Part shown: piece after piece, positions 35,070 through 46,666 of the stretch
Layout: each line of letters starts with the position of its first letter
How positions within the stretch are numbered: position 1 is the stretch's first letter
Assembly: GCA_031082155.1 (NCBI GenBank)
Contig: JAVHLL010000002.1
Span: forward strand, 65,206 to 129,205
Length of the DNA: 64,000 nt
Direction of reading: 5' to 3'
Source: Thermodesulfovibrionales bacterium
GTDB taxonomy: Bacteria; Nitrospirota; Thermodesulfovibrionia; Thermodesulfovibrionales; SM23-35
Made by a program: the position numbers and the translations under genes
The notes under the pieces: generated by a model
What the model saw: the letters and a program-made list of their open reading frames with translations, nothing else
Told to the model about the DNA's origin: nothing
Database searches by the model: none

Positions 35070-36308
35070 TTATTGGTTTTGCAAGGGGTTTCCAATAAGG
35101 GTATATTCTTCTCTTCTCTTAATCCCTACGTGGACAAGCGATTTCACCGGACAACTATTTGAGGATACCCTTACCTTAAGGTAATTACTTGAAGTTCCTG
35201 ATGCCGTCCCGTCGTTACCACGTTCTTCTATAACAATAGCAAGCTTTCTCCCGATTTGTGATTCAGCATATCTTTTCTTTATGGCTCTGTTCAAGTGATT
35301 AAGCACCACACACCTCTCCTTTTTTACAGACGAAGCCACCTGACCTTGCATTTGCGAGGCGATCGTGTTTGGTCTGTTTGAATATGGAAAAACGTGAAGA
35401 TAAGAAAAAGGCAGCTCTTCGAGAAAAATCATGGTATTCTTGAACTCATTCTCACTTTCTCCTGGAAACCCGGCGATTATATCAGTACCCAAAGCGATTC
35501 CAGGGATATTGTGCATAATTTGTTCAACAACCTTCCTATACTCCCTGACGGTATATTTTCTGTTCATGAATTTCAAGATCTTGTCATCTCCGCTCTGAAG
35601 TGGAAGGTGTATATGCCTGCATATCCTCTCTTCGCTGAAATTATCGAGCAATTCTTCATTTATTTCGTGTGCTTCGAGAGAACTAATCCGTATTCGTTTT
35701 ATCATCGTTTTCCTAAGGATCATTTTCATCATATCCGAAAGTTTTAATTTAGGATTAAGGTCATAACCATATGATCCAATATGAATTCCTGTTAAGACAA
35801 CTTCGTTATATCCTTCATCTTCCAGACTCCTGATTCTTTCAATTATCTCATATGGCTGAACGCTTTGTGATTTTCCCCTTGCCAAAGGAACGATACAATA
35901 GCTACAGGTCATATTACAACCGTCCTGTATTTTTATAGATGGTCGCGCCCTTAATGAATAATTAAAGGTAATACTTTCTGAATTATTATCAATCGCATTG
36001 ATCATGCTATATTTATTGTTGTTATCAAAAATCAGTATTTTCCCATCTATACTTTGTATCTCCTCACGGTTCATTTCAGCATAGCATCCGGTAACATAAA
36101 CCTGACTGCTCTCCCGTAGGGCTCTCCTGATAAGCTGTCGTGACTGATAGTCACTCTTTGCGGTAACAGTGCAGGTGTTTATTATGCATATATCAGGATG
36201 TTCGGACAGTTTTACAAGAGAATGTCCGTTTTTTTGTAAATTCCCTTCGATTACTGTGCTTTCTGATTGGTTCACCTTGCAACCAAGCGTGAGGACTGTT
36301 ATTTTCAT
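35070..36308 (-). CDS. mtaB: radical SAM methylthiotransferase, MtaB-like
   Basis: N-terminal UPF0004 domain KITVLTLGCKVNQSES, rSAM CNMTCSYC and a C-terminal TRAM-like region. ATGA overlap with upstream miaB. Confidence 0.75.
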   Translation of the reverse strand: MKITVLTLGCKVNQSESTVIEGNLQKNGHSLVKLSEHPDICIINTCTVTAKSDYQSRQLIRRALRESSQVYVTGCYAEMNREEIQSIDGKILIFDNNNKYSMINAIDNNSESITFNYSLRARPSIKIQDGCNMTCSYCIVPLARGKSQSVQPYEIIERIRSLEDEGYNEVVLTGIHIGSYGYDLNPKLKLSDMMKMILRKTMIKRIRISSLEAHEINEELLDNFSEERICRHIHLPLQSGDDKILKFMNRKYTVREYRKVVEQIMHNIPGIALGTDIIAGFPGESENEFKNTMIFLEELPFSYLHVFPYSNRPNTIASQMQGQVASSVKKERCVVLNHLNRAIKKRYAESQIGRKLAIVIEERGNDGTASGTSSNYLKVRVSSNSCPVKSLVHVGIKRREEYTLIGNPLQNQ

Positions 36309-37600
36309 TCTTTCAGGGTTTTTCCTTCAAGAGAATGCTGCCTGGCTCTTATAATCTCTACGGTCATGAACGTGCCGTCCGTGCAGCCTGAAGTCTCAAC
36401 AGTCACTATTTTGTTTGTTCTTGTCCTTCCTGAAATCTGTTTCCCGCCTGCCCTACTCTTTCCCTCAACGAGAATCTCCTGTCGTGTCCCTTCGAGGCTC
36501 TTGTTCTTCCTTGCAGTTATTTTTTCCTGTACTGCAAGTATTTCGGAAAGACGTGAAGATTTTATGTGCTGAGGAAGGCTGTCGTCCATTTCTGCGGCGC
36601 CTGTGTCGGGTCTCGGAGAAAAACTGAATGCGAATATACCATCGTATTCCATCTCATGCAATGCATTGACTGTATTTATGTGGTCTTTCACAGTTTCTCC
36701 TGGAAACCCGGCGATAATGTCGCTTGTAATCGCTATGGCGGGAACTTTTTTCCTGAGCTTTTCCACTTTTTCCCTGTACTCCTTATAAGTATACCCCCTG
36801 TTCATACGGTTCAATACTATATCCGATCCTGATTGCAGTGGGAGGTGGATATGTTCACATACCTTGGGGAGTTCCGCAATTGCGTCCACAAGAGCATCAG
36901 AAAGGTCTTTGGGATGAGAGGTCACAAAGCGTATCCTCTCGATTCCCTCTATCTTGTCGATCTCCCGCAAGAGACCCGGAAAATCGAGATGACTCCTGTA
37001 AGAATTCACATTCTGCCCGAGTAGTGTTATTTCCCTGCATCCGCTTTCGGCAAGGCCTGCTGCTTCTTTCAGAATAGCATGAACCGGTCGTGATCTCTCT
37101 CTCCCTCTTGTATAGGGTACGACACAATAACTGCAGAAGTTATTGCATCCATACATAATCGTTACCCATGCTTTTATCCTGTCGTTTCTTATCACCGGTA
37201 GTTCGTGAAGTGCGATATCAGGATTGTCTTCCGTAGCTATGCGGTGACCATTTTCCCTCAGAAAATTCCTTAACAGGTGTACGTTTTGGGGACCGAATAC
37301 AAAATCTACATAGGGTGCTCTCCTCGTAATCTTCATGCCTTCCTGCTGGGCTATGCAACCGGCTATCGCTATCCGTACCCCGGGTTTTTTCTTCTTAAGG
37401 GCCCTGAACCGGCCAAGTTCACTGTAGAATTTCTGTTCGGCTTTCTGCCGGATGCTGCAGGTATTCAGGATTATAAGTTCCGCAGTGAGCGGATCGTTTG
37501 TCGCTTTATACCCCTCAGCATCGAGAACCCCCAGAATTTTTTCGGAGTCGTGCACGTTCATCTGGCATCCGAAAGTACGGATGTATACAGTTTTAGCCAT
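36305..37600 (-). CDS. miaB: tRNA-i6A37 methylthiotransferase MiaB
   Basis: MAKTVYIRTFGCQMNVHDSE..., rSAM CNNFCSYCVVPYTRGRE and a TRAM C-terminus. Start at ATG 37600. Confidence 0.85.
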   Translation of the reverse strand: MAKTVYIRTFGCQMNVHDSEKILGVLDAEGYKATNDPLTAELIILNTCSIRQKAEQKFYSELGRFRALKKKKPGVRIAIAGCIAQQEGMKITRRAPYVDFVFGPQNVHLLRNFLRENGHRIATEDNPDIALHELPVIRNDRIKAWVTIMYGCNNFCSYCVVPYTRGRERSRPVHAILKEAAGLAESGCREITLLGQNVNSYRSHLDFPGLLREIDKIEGIERIRFVTSHPKDLSDALVDAIAELPKVCEHIHLPLQSGSDIVLNRMNRGYTYKEYREKVEKLRKKVPAIAITSDIIAGFPGETVKDHINTVNALHEMEYDGIFAFSFSPRPDTGAAEMDDSLPQHIKSSRLSEILAVQEKITARKNKSLEGTRQEILVEGKSRAGGKQISGRTRTNKIVTVETSGCTDGTFMTVEIIRARQHSLEGKTLKE

Positions 37601-37748
37601 AATTAAAATGTAACATTTGGAAATCCATAGTGGCAAGGCATAAGGCAGCAATCCCGTTATTCTTTAAAAACGGTTCACTTTTAATTTGCAGATGAGATAC
37701 AGTGATACGTTCCTTGAAATATTATAATGTTCACTATATTATAAAAAC

Positions 37749-40421
37749 ATGATTGGTTCGCTTCTCAGTAAAGTCTTCGGTACGAAAAACGAACGTGAAC
37801 TCAAAAGGCTCTGGCCTCTTGTTGAACAAGTTAATTCCTTTGAATCGTCCATATCAGTTCTGGATGATAACGAAGTAAAGGAGAAAACTGAATCATTCAG
37901 GAGAAGCCTTGAATCAGGAGCAACAGTTGACAGCATTCTGCCGGAAGCCTTTGCGGTAGTCCGTGAAGTTTCTAAACGCAAGCTCTTAATGAGGCACTTC
38001 GACGTTCAGATTCTTGGAGGTATTGTGCTCCACGAAGGCAAGATAGCAGAAATGAAGACCGGTGAAGGAAAAACCCTTGTTGCCACCCTGCCCGTGTATC
38101 TGAATGCCCTTGGAGGGAAAGGGACACATGTCATTACGGTGAATGATTACCTTGCCAAGAGGGACGCTCAATGGATGAGTCCCCTCTATCATTTTCTCGG
38201 TCTCTCTGTCGGTGTAATTCAGCACGACAGTTCATTTCTCTATGATCCTTCCTATCAGTCTACGGAGCAGGGGCTCGATTTCCTCAGGCCCTGCTCACGG
38301 AAAGAGGCATATTCAGCTGACATCACTTACGGAACAAACAATGAATTCGGGTTTGACTATCTCAGAGACAACATGAAGTATGAGATATCCGACTACTGTC
38401 AAAGGGAGCTCCATTTTGCAATTGTTGACGAAGTTGACAGTATCCTCATTGACGAGGCGCGGACACCGCTTATTATCTCAGGGCCTTCGGAAGAATCAAC
38501 TGATAAATATTACAAAATAGACGCTATTATTCCCCGCCTCCGGAAGGATACGGATTATACGATAGACGAAAAGGCAAAAACAGCAATTCTCACCGAGGAA
38601 GGCAATATTAAAGTCGAACGGCTCCTCGGTGCCGGCAATCTCTATGACCCGGCAAACATAGAGCTCGTCCACCATGTATTACAGGGACTGAAATCGCATA
38701 CTCTCTTTAAAAGGGATGTAGACTATGTTGTAAAAGACGGCGAGGTTCTTATCGTCGATGAATTTACCGGGAGACTTATGCCGGGCAGACGCTGGTCCGA
38801 TGGACTCCACCAGGCGATTGAAGCCAAAGAGAAGGTCAAGATCGCAAGCGAGAACCAGACACTCGCAACTATTACTTTCCAGAATTATTTCAGGATGTAT
38901 TCCAAGCTTTCAGGGATGACCGGAACCGCTGATACGGAAGCGGCGGAATTTTCAAAAATTTACAATCTTGAGGTTGTGGTAATCCCCACGAATATGCCTA
39001 TGGTAAGGGGAGACCACTCCGATCTTATTTATAAAACACAACAGGGAAAGTTTCACGCTGTCGTCGGGGAAATCGAAGAAATTCATACGCGGGGACAGCC
39101 TGTGCTCGTGGGAACCATATCGATTGAAAAATCGGAATTCCTCAGCCATCTCCTCCGGAAAAAGGGCATATCTCATTCTGTGCTCAATGCCAAATACCAT
39201 GAGAGAGAAGCAGAGATAGTGGCACAGGCCGGGAGAAGCGGTGCGGTCACTATTGCAACGAACATGGCGGGAAGAGGGACCGATATCGTCCTCGGAGGCA
39301 ACCCTGAAGGACTTGCAACAGATCTCCTCAAGGACAAGAACAACCCTTCAGAGGAAGATTTCAGAAAGTCTCTCGCACAAGCAGAAGAGATATGCCGGAA
39401 AGAGCGTGATGAAGTGGTATCCGCAGGGGGACTTCATATCCTCGGGACGGAAAGACATGAAGCAAGGAGGATAGATAATCAGCTCCGGGGACGTTCAGGA
39501 CGTCAGGGAGACCCAGGGTCTTCACGGTTCTATCTTTCCCTCGAAGACGACCTTATGAGAATTTTCGGTTCCGACAAAATATCGGGATTCATGGATAAAC
39601 TCGGAATGGAAGAAGACGTCCCGATAGAGAACAAGGTGGTATCCAAGGCAATCGAAAATGCGCAGAAACGCGTTGAAGCCCATAATTTTGATATCAGAAA
39701 ACACCTTATCGAATATGATGATGTCATGAACAAACAGCGGACAGAGATTTACTCCTTCAGAAAAGAGATCCTTCAGAGTGATTCCCTTAAGGATCGTGCC
39801 CTCTCCATGACAGAAGAGCTTGTTGACGATCTCCTCTCCCGTTACTGTCCCGAGGACAAATACCGTGAAAACTGGGACATGAAAGGACTCGGCGATACCC
39901 TCTATGGAATGTTCAACAGAGCAACTGAATATGATCCGGCAAATATTACCGAACTAAGAAGCGCCCTGATCAATGATTTAAAGAACACTTATGAAAAGAA
40001 AGAGGAAGAGATAGGCGCTGATATGCTTCGCTATATTGAACGGATTGTAATGCTTCAGGTTATCGATACACAATGGAAAGATCATCTTCTCGGTATGGAC
40101 CACCTGAAGGAAGGCATCGGCCTCAGAGGATACGGACAGAAGGATCCATTGGTTGAGTATAAAAAAGAGGCATTCGATATGTTTGCCGATATGATATCCA
40201 GGATCACCCATGACATAGTCACTCGCCTCTTCAAGATACAGGTTCAAAAAAAAGAGGCGATAAAAAGAGAACCCATGAATACAGTACGGATGAATTACAA
40301 CAGGGGTGAAGGTGCAGCGCCGGTCCAGACGGTAAGGCGGGTCAAAAAGGTCGGTCGCAATGACCCCTGCCCGTGCGGAAGTGGGAAAAAATATAAAAAA
40401 TGCTGCGGAACCAATGCCTAA
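37749..40421 (+). CDS. secA: preprotein translocase ATPase SecA
   Basis: 890 aa with [14 protein letters not shown] (Walker A), [19 protein letters not shown] and the C-terminal zinc motif [14 protein letters not shown]. Confidence 0.95.
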   Translation: MIGSLLSKVFGTKNERELKRLWPLVEQVNSFESSISVLDDNEVKEKTESFRRSLESGATVDSILPEAFAVVREVSKRKLLMRHFDVQILGGIVLHEGKIAEMKTGEGKTLVATLPVYLNALGGKGTHVITVNDYLAKRDAQWMSPLYHFLGLSVGVIQHDSSFLYDPSYQSTEQGLDFLRPCSRKEAYSADITYGTNNEFGFDYLRDNMKYEISDYCQRELHFAIVDEVDSILIDEARTPLIISGPSEESTDKYYKIDAIIPRLRKDTDYTIDEKAKTAILTEEGNIKVERLLGAGNLYDPANIELVHHVLQGLKSHTLFKRDVDYVVKDGEVLIVDEFTGRLMPGRRWSDGLHQAIEAKEKVKIASENQTLATITFQNYFRMYSKLSGMTGTADTEAAEFSKIYNLEVVVIPTNMPMVRGDHSDLIYKTQQGKFHAVVGEIEEIHTRGQPVLVGTISIEKSEFLSHLLRKKGISHSVLNAKYHEREAEIVAQAGRSGAVTIATNMAGRGTDIVLGGNPEGLATDLLKDKNNPSEEDFRKSLAQAEEICRKERDEVVSAGGLHILGTERHEARRIDNQLRGRSGRQGDPGSSRFYLSLEDDLMRIFGSDKISGFMDKLGMEEDVPIENKVVSKAIENAQKRVEAHNFDIRKHLIEYDDVMNKQRTEIYSFRKEILQSDSLKDRALSMTEELVDDLLSRYCPEDKYRENWDMKGLGDTLYGMFNRATEYDPANITELRSALINDLKNTYEKKEEEIGADMLRYIERIVMLQVIDTQWKDHLLGMDHLKEGIGLRGYGQKDPLVEYKKEAFDMFADMISRITHDIVTRLFKIQVQKKEAIKREPMNTVRMNYNRGEGAAPVQTVRRVKKVGRNDPCPCGSGKKYKKCCGTNA

Positions 40422-41808
40422 AGTATTTCTGATCGGACAGAGCGCCCTCAGGAGCGATTATGAGAACGTGCTTGCAACGAACGGATTCAGTATCAGCAAG
40501 TTTGACTCTCTTGACAAGGCATGCGCAAATATCAGTGATAGGATTGACCTCTTCGTTGTCGACAAGAAAGTAAGCAGTTCGCCTGCATTCAGGAAATTCC
40601 TGCAAATCTCCAGGTCCGTTCCCAAAATAATCCTTGCTGATTCCAGCCAGACGAAAGGCATGCTCCAATGGCTGAAAGAACCTCTGTCATATCCGATCTA
40701 TGTGCCCGGGAAAAACGAGTTCCTGTTTTTCATCAAGAGAGTCCTGAAAGAAACCGGTATGGTCATCGAGAACAGCAAGCTGAAAAATGACCTTTCACAG
40801 ATAAGGCGTGAACTCAATTTTTATGAGGAGATCAGCAAAGCATTAACCTCGTCTCTCGACCTCCAGGACATCCTGGTAAAAATCATGGAAAAAGTCAAGG
40901 ACATGACGAAAGCAGAAGCGTGGTCCATTCTCCTGCTGGATGAAGATACTGGTGAACTTGTGTTCGAAAAAACAGCGGGCAGAAGGTCAAAACGGATACA
41001 GAAATTCAGGCTCAAGGTGGGTGAAGGGATAGCCGGCTGGGTCGCGCAGGAGGGAATCCCAGTTATCGTCCCTGATGTTTCGAAAGACTCAAGGTTCCTC
41101 GGAAAAATCGATATCGCCATTCATTTTAAAACCAAGTCACTTATGTGCGTTCCGATCAAGAGCAACGAACAGATCCTCGGCGTTATCGAAATCGTGAATA
41201 AAACCACGGGTGAACCTTTCAAAAAAGAAGACCTTGATCTTTTGTTAAGGTTAGTCGATGAAATCGCTATTGCTATCGAGAGGACATCCCTCTATCAAAA
41301 GATGACCGAGCTTGCGATAACCGATGACCTGACGAAACTGTTCAATACACGATACCTGAACAGAACCATCGAGGTCGAAATACAGCGCGCGAGCAGATAT
41401 AAAACATCGGTATCTCTCATATTCATGGATATTGACCATTTTAAAGTTATTAATGACCGCTATGGCCACCTTATCGGCAGCAAGGTGCTCGTTGAGATGG
41501 GACAACTCCTTTTAAAGAGCCTCAGGACAATAGATATCGTGGCCAGGTACGGGGGCGATGAATTTGTTATAGTACTCCCCCAGACACCTCCGCAGTCGGC
41601 AGCACATATCGCCGAAAGGATGAGAAAGTCGGTTGAACTTTTCACCTTCCTCAAGAAGGAAGGATATGCTCTCAAGCTCACTGCTAGTTTTGGTGTTGCG
41701 TCATTCCCGGAAAGCGCGCAATCGAAGGATGAACTCATACGCTTTGCGGACGAAGCAATGTACCGGGTAAAATACCAGACAAGAAATGCTGTTTATGCTA
41801 TAGTATAA
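40414..41808 (+). CDS. REC-like + GAF + GGDEF diguanylate cyclase
   Basis: Start ATG 40414 overlaps the secA stop by 8 nt. It has a GAF region, an intact GGDEF ([12 protein letters not shown]) and an I-site RTID five residues upstream. Confidence 0.85.
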   Translation: MPKVFLIGQSALRSDYENVLATNGFSISKFDSLDKACANISDRIDLFVVDKKVSSSPAFRKFLQISRSVPKIILADSSQTKGMLQWLKEPLSYPIYVPGKNEFLFFIKRVLKETGMVIENSKLKNDLSQIRRELNFYEEISKALTSSLDLQDILVKIMEKVKDMTKAEAWSILLLDEDTGELVFEKTAGRRSKRIQKFRLKVGEGIAGWVAQEGIPVIVPDVSKDSRFLGKIDIAIHFKTKSLMCVPIKSNEQILGVIEIVNKTTGEPFKKEDLDLLLRLVDEIAIAIERTSLYQKMTELAITDDLTKLFNTRYLNRTIEVEIQRASRYKTSVSLIFMDIDHFKVINDRYGHLIGSKVLVEMGQLLLKSLRTIDIVARYGGDEFVIVLPQTPPQSAAHIAERMRKSVELFTFLKKEGYALKLTASFGVASFPESAQSKDELIRFADEAMYRVKYQTRNAVYAIV

Positions 41809-41814
41809 AAAATT

Positions 41815-42981
41815 ATGGCGCTCTTTAATTATGCAACAAAAGAGATCACAATCAAGATTGTCTATTATGGCCCCGGACTTAGCGGAAAAACAACAAATCT
41901 GCAATATCTCCATTCGGTTTTTGATCCGGCAAAACGGGGGAAGCTCCTGTCGCTGGCAACCGAGGCGGACAGGACTCTCTTCTTCGATTTCCTCCCTGTC
42001 GAACTCGGCAAGATAAGCGATTTCTCTATTCGCTTTCAATTATACACGGTACCTGGGCAAGTCCGGTATAATGCAACCCGGAGACTTGTCCTGAAAGGCG
42101 CTGATGCGGTTATATTTGTCGCAGACTCCCAGCGCGAAATGAAGGAACAGAATATTGAAAGTTTCATCAACATGCGGGAAAACCTCACGGCTAACAATAT
42201 CAATCCCGATGATATTCCCATAATCCTTCAATATAACAAGAGAGACCTCAGCAACGTCCTTTCGATCGATGAACTTAACAGAGATCTGAATCAGGACAAT
42301 ACATATGATATTAAGGATGCTATTGCAATAGACGGCGCTGGAGTCGAGGAAACTTTTCAGCATATCACCAGGCTGGTGATACAGAATATTTCCAGAAGAC
42401 ATAAAATTACCATTCAGCCTAAAGAGGATGCCGCGGTCCCTCCCAAAGAAGCGATCGCTTCGTTCTCTCCATCGGGTGAATTTGCAACCCAGACTCCTTT
42501 AGTCGAACCGACAAGCCATGCAGCACAGGATACCCGTGAAGCCGTTGAAGCTGCATTCGATATATCAATAAGAGACCAGGAATCTGAGCCCAATGCAAAA
42601 GAGGATTTCACCGCTATCCAGGAACGTTTTCTGAAAGAGAAGCCCCTCATCCCTGAAACGAAGGACGAACCTTTCATCCCGAGAGAGGTTGTGGTGAAAG
42701 AGATCGTAGAGGTGCCCCTTATCCTTGTGGAAAAACTGGATAAAATGATCAACGGGCTACAGGGTGTATCTCAGTCACTCAAAGAACTGTCAGGAACGTT
42801 CTCCGGAATGAATGTCGAAATGAAGGACATGAGGAGTGAAATCGCCGGTCCGGCATCAAATATTCTCGCCGAAATCAAGGAACTCAGGAAGGACCAGAAA
42901 GCGTCGACCGATATCCTCAGGGATATCCGGACCAGCCTTGAGAATATCAAGGAAAAGAAAAGCTGGTTCCGCTTTTCATAG
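41815..42981 (+). CDS. MglA-family Ras-like GTPase with ~190-aa C-terminal extension
   Basis: The N-terminal ~195 aa closely parallel MglA: KIVYYGPGLSGKTTNLQYL, DRTLFFDFLP, LYTVPGQV, NKRD. The remainder is acidic/Pro-rich followed by a predicted coiled coil. Confidence 0.75.
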   Translation: MALFNYATKEITIKIVYYGPGLSGKTTNLQYLHSVFDPAKRGKLLSLATEADRTLFFDFLPVELGKISDFSIRFQLYTVPGQVRYNATRRLVLKGADAVIFVADSQREMKEQNIESFINMRENLTANNINPDDIPIILQYNKRDLSNVLSIDELNRDLNQDNTYDIKDAIAIDGAGVEETFQHITRLVIQNISRRHKITIQPKEDAAVPPKEAIASFSPSGEFATQTPLVEPTSHAAQDTREAVEAAFDISIRDQESEPNAKEDFTAIQERFLKEKPLIPETKDEPFIPREVVVKEIVEVPLILVEKLDKMINGLQGVSQSLKELSGTFSGMNVEMKDMRSEIAGPASNILAEIKELRKDQKASTDILRDIRTSLENIKEKKSWFRFS

Positions 42982-42983
42982 AC

Positions 42984-44507
42984 TTATATCATCTCCAGCG
43001 CTTTAATCAAAGCCTCTGCTTTTTTCAGCGTTTCTTCATATTCCCTCTCAGGGTCTGAATCCGCAACAATTCCTGCGCCTGCCTGCACAAAGGCTTTCCC
43101 CTTCTGTATGACAACTGACCGGATGACAATGTTCAAATCCATATTGCCTGAAAAACCGATATATCCTATCGAACCGGTGTATGGCCCCCGCCGCACTGGC
43201 TCGAGTTCATCAATGATTTCCATACACCTTACTTTCGGCACTCCTGTTATCGTTCCTCCGGGAAAAGTAGCCTGAATCACATCGAAGCAATCTTTTTTCG
43301 CAGCGAAATTCCCCGTAATGTTTGAGACTATATGAATGACATGGGAATAATCTTCTGTGATCATGAGTTCGTCAACTCGTACACTTCCGTACTCCGATAC
43401 CCTCCCGATGTCATTCCTTTCGAGATCAATGAGCATGATATGCTCTGCCCTCTCCTTCTCATTGAGAAGCAGTTCCCTGCGTAAGTTATCATCTTCTTTC
43501 CTGTCTCGTCCACGGGGACGGGTGCCTGCGATAGGCCGTGTTTCAATCAGGTTGTTCTTTGTTCTCACGAGTCTTTCCGGAGAAGAACTTACTATCTGGT
43601 AATCACCGAAATGCATAAATGCTGCAAAAGGAGAAGGATTGATCGTCCTCAGTATTTTATATAATTCCCACGGATTCATGCCCCTGACCTGAGCAGATAC
43701 TCTCTGTGAGAGGTTTGCCTGAAAAATATCGCCCGCGGCTATATATTCCTTGGCCCTGCAAACCATATCCATGTATACGCGTTTTTTCATTTCACAGATG
43801 ATCTCGATACCATTTCTGCGATGTATTCTCTTCTGTAATTCCGGTGGATCGCATCTTATGATGTCTTTCCTGTCCTCTTTTTCCGACGTCAATACCGTGA
43901 AGCGGGATATTTTATTGAAAATATCCTCTACTTCATCTTCCGCTTTCTCGTATTGTTCATTCCAGTCTATTGAGAGTGTATGGAAAAGCATTTCGTAAAC
44001 ACCGGGACATACTATAATCCAGCATTTTTTCTCTTCATGGTCAAATGCGAGAAGCTTGTTACAGACAAAAAAATGAGCATCGGGAAGGTGAGTATCGTCC
44101 ACTGCATGTGTGGGGAGTTGCTCGAGGTACTGCACGAAATCGTAACTGAGAAGCCCGGTAATTCCTCCCTGGAACGGAGGAAGATGCACCCACATCTTCT
44201 GACTGTACGAAGAAACTAGCATTTTGAGTATGCTCAGTGGGTCGCCCCGATATTCCTTTTTGTTTACAGAAGACGACAGTTCACTTACTCCGTTCTTTGC
44301 GCGGAAAACCAGACATGGATCGAGGCCGATAAAAGAATACCGTGCAATCTTTGCCGGACCTTTTACGCTTTCCAGCAAGAAGCTGTTCTCCGAGTACAAT
44401 GTCTCATACACTTCATATGGCGCAGAATACGGCAGTTCCCTGTAAAGGGGATAGATACTCCCTTGCCTGATATTTTCGAGAAAATCTTTTTTAGAGGGAT
44501 TTACCAT
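42984..44507 (-). CDS. chorismate-binding enzyme, anthranilate/aminodeoxychorismate synthase component I family
   Basis: 507 aa with C-terminal motifs ...ERAEHIMLIDLERNDIGRV, FPGGTITGVPK and GPYTGSIGY. The TrpE versus PabB assignment cannot be resolved from sequence alone. Confidence 0.8.
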   Translation of the reverse strand: MVNPSKKDFLENIRQGSIYPLYRELPYSAPYEVYETLYSENSFLLESVKGPAKIARYSFIGLDPCLVFRAKNGVSELSSSVNKKEYRGDPLSILKMLVSSYSQKMWVHLPPFQGGITGLLSYDFVQYLEQLPTHAVDDTHLPDAHFFVCNKLLAFDHEEKKCWIIVCPGVYEMLFHTLSIDWNEQYEKAEDEVEDIFNKISRFTVLTSEKEDRKDIIRCDPPELQKRIHRRNGIEIICEMKKRVYMDMVCRAKEYIAAGDIFQANLSQRVSAQVRGMNPWELYKILRTINPSPFAAFMHFGDYQIVSSSPERLVRTKNNLIETRPIAGTRPRGRDRKEDDNLRRELLLNEKERAEHIMLIDLERNDIGRVSEYGSVRVDELMITEDYSHVIHIVSNITGNFAAKKDCFDVIQATFPGGTITGVPKVRCMEIIDELEPVRRGPYTGSIGYIGFSGNMDLNIVIRSVVIQKGKAFVQAGAGIVADSDPEREYEETLKKAEALIKALEMI

Positions 44508-44869
44508 AAATACGGGGATTCCAATATGGAACCGATAGGCCTATTATATATCATTTATTCTTCACTGTAGGAATACTCCCTTCTTCGCAAGGCAGAAAGG
44601 ATGTTGTTCCCCCCTATGCGTACATTGACCCTTAACCAGCAGCCGGCAAACGGAGTCAGGTTTCTGGAGGCTTTTTTACCGAGTTTCCGTATATTTTCGT
44701 AGTAATATTACTACAGTGCAACCTTATGAATTATTACACAATAATTGGTATTTGACTAATAGACAGTTTTTCAATTCTTGTGTTAATTTTTATAGAGAAG
44801 GTAATTGTTAGAGACAAATTTATCAAATAAAGACTTTAATTTTTTACGCATGAGAAAGGAGACCGTTTG

Positions 44870-45250
44870 ATGATAAGGTTGGAGTGTCCGGTATGTAAAA
44901 AAGACTCTTATACCGCATCGGTAGAATCTTTCAGGCCCTGCCCTTATTGTGGAATTCTTTTCAGCGGTATTTCGTGCCTGGATAAAAGGAAAGAATCCCG
45001 GACAACAAAAAATATACCCTTTGTCTTCTCTCATATGGGTTTAGACCTTACTGCGACTATTGCAAATTTCTCCAAGCAGGGACTTTCCCTGAGAATATCC
45101 GGCAAACCAGCCCTTTCAATCGGAGATATTGTTGACCTCAATATTCGTTCTTTTCACGGTAAGGCACGGGTCATGTGGGTGAATCCTCTTTCTGATATGT
45201 CCATGGCCGGATTCAGAATACTGGAACAGACTACGAATTCTTTTTTTTGA
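44870..45250 (+). CDS. zinc-ribbon + PilZ domain protein (paralog of 3775-4167)
   Basis: MIRLECPVCKK...CPYCG, then RKESR (RxxxR) and NFSKQG ([DN]xSxxG). AAGGAG RBS lies upstream. Confidence 0.75.
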   Translation: MIRLECPVCKKDSYTASVESFRPCPYCGILFSGISCLDKRKESRTTKNIPFVFSHMGLDLTATIANFSKQGLSLRISGKPALSIGDIVDLNIRSFHGKARVMWVNPLSDMSMAGFRILEQTTNSFF

Positions 45251-45252
45251 AG

Positions 45253-45984
45253 TCAGGCTGAAAGTATTTCAAGGTTGATCAACTCTATAACATTCAAGGG
45301 GTTCTTCTGCTGGAGTATAGCCCTTCCCATAACAAGATAATCCGCACCTTCCCTGATTGCCTCTTTCGGTGTCATAGTCCTGTTCTGATCATCAGGCGGC
45401 GACCATGAAGGCCTGATTCCGGGCGTTACGATGAGAAACCCGCTGCCGCAGGAGTTCCTTATTGCCTCAACTTCCCTCGCAGAGGATACAACACCATCGA
45501 GACCTGCCTTCTGGGAGAGTGCGGCAAGATGTTTGACGTGAGTCCTTATGCCGTATTGAATTCCGAGTTCATCTTTGAGCATCTCCCTTGAGAGACTGGT
45601 CAGTACTGTTACCCCAAGGATCTTCGGACGTTCAATATTCTCTTTCAGGCACGTCTGGACAACACTGTCACTGCATTTTTTCATCATATCAAAACCGCCC
45701 GAGGCATGAACGTTGAACATATATACTCCCATCCTGGTTGCCATAATAGCGGCTTTCGAAACAGTGGTTGGAATATCATGGAATTTGAGGTCGAGGAAAA
45801 CTTTCCTGCCCCTCCTGTGAATCTCCTCGACAATCCTGGGGCCGGCTGAAAGAAAGAGTTCGAGTCCTACCTTGAAGATGCTGATATGATCATGAAATTT
45901 ATCTACAAGATCAAGCGCATGTTCGTATTCGTGAACATCAAGCGCAAGTATCAGTTTTCCTTTTCCATCAGCCGAATCGCTCAT
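45253..45984 (-). CDS. pyrF: orotidine 5'-phosphate decarboxylase
   Basis: LILALDV...FKVGLELF...[14 protein letters not shown]...VTPGIR are canonical PyrF motifs. Confidence 0.9.
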   Translation of the reverse strand: MSDSADGKGKLILALDVHEYEHALDLVDKFHDHISIFKVGLELFLSAGPRIVEEIHRRGRKVFLDLKFHDIPTTVSKAAIMATRMGVYMFNVHASGGFDMMKKCSDSVVQTCLKENIERPKILGVTVLTSLSREMLKDELGIQYGIRTHVKHLAALSQKAGLDGVVSSAREVEAIRNSCGSGFLIVTPGIRPSWSPPDDQNRTMTPKEAIREGADYLVMGRAILQQKNPLNVIELINLEILSA

Positions 45985-46529
45985 ATTTTTGCCGTTGTTA
46001 TGCCTTTTTGCGCCTGATATTTCCCCGCCTTGTCTGCATAAGATTTTTCACACACTTCAGCGCCCCTGAGGAAAAGCACTTGTGCTATTCCTTCGTGTGC
46101 ATAGATCTTGACAGGCAGCGGTGCGGTATTCGATATCTCTATAGTCACATACCCTTCCCATTCAGGCTCCAGGGGGGTGACATTCACCACAACCCCGCAT
46201 CTCGCATAGGTAGATTTTCCGAGACATATCACCAGAACATCTCTGGGGATCTTGAAATATTCGACTGAGCGTCCGAGGACAAAGGAGTTCGGGGGGATGA
46301 TACAAACGCTGCCTTTGAAGTCGGTGAAACTGCCCTGATCGAGGTTCTTCGGGTCGATAACCCCGGAATTCGACCCTGAGAATATCTTGAATTCGTCTGC
46401 GACACGCATATCATACCCGTAGGAACTGATCCCATACGAAATAATACCCTTTCCTGTCTGATCCTTTTGAAAAGGTTGGATCATCCCCTTTTCAGCCATC
46501 TCTCTTATCCATCGATCGTTCTTCAGCAT
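45981..46529 (-). CDS. dcd: dCTP deaminase
   Basis: 182 aa. [20 protein letters not shown]...SSYGYDMRV...[12 protein letters not shown]-like trimeric dUTPase-fold motifs. Overlaps pyrF by 4 nt. Confidence 0.85.
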   Translation of the reverse strand: MLKNDRWIREMAEKGMIQPFQKDQTGKGIISYGISSYGYDMRVADEFKIFSGSNSGVIDPKNLDQGSFTDFKGSVCIIPPNSFVLGRSVEYFKIPRDVLVICLGKSTYARCGVVVNVTPLEPEWEGYVTIEISNTAPLPVKIYAHEGIAQVLFLRGAEVCEKSYADKAGKYQAQKGITTAKI

Positions 46530-46592
46530 CTTATGTTCCCTTACATTTTATGATTATTTCACATATGATAATTACTTTAGTTGCATATTGCT

Positions 46593-46666
46593 GTCATTCT
46601 GGCTTGTCCAGAATCTTTCTTGTAATACTAAAACATCAGGAAGGATTCCCGACAAGCGGGAATGAC
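46593..46666. repeat. REP/MITE-like element (GTCATTCTGGCTTGTCC ... CGACAAGCGGGAATGAC)
   Basis: 74-nt intergenic element. Its right end is the exact reverse complement of the left end (GTCATTCCCGCTTGTCG) of the copy at 16587. Confidence 0.65.

Noticed and set aside
44508-44866. Possible structured ncRNA or leader in the 360-bp gap upstream of the TrpE/PabB-like gene. It contains GTCAGGTTTCTGGAGGC, faintly reminiscent of the SRP RNA GUCAGGUCCGGAAGG, followed by TTTTTT.
   Set aside because: The match to the SRP/4.5S conserved helix is poor. I could not build a convincing terminator/antiterminator pair or a T-box specifier by eye. A covariance-model scan (Rfam) would be needed.
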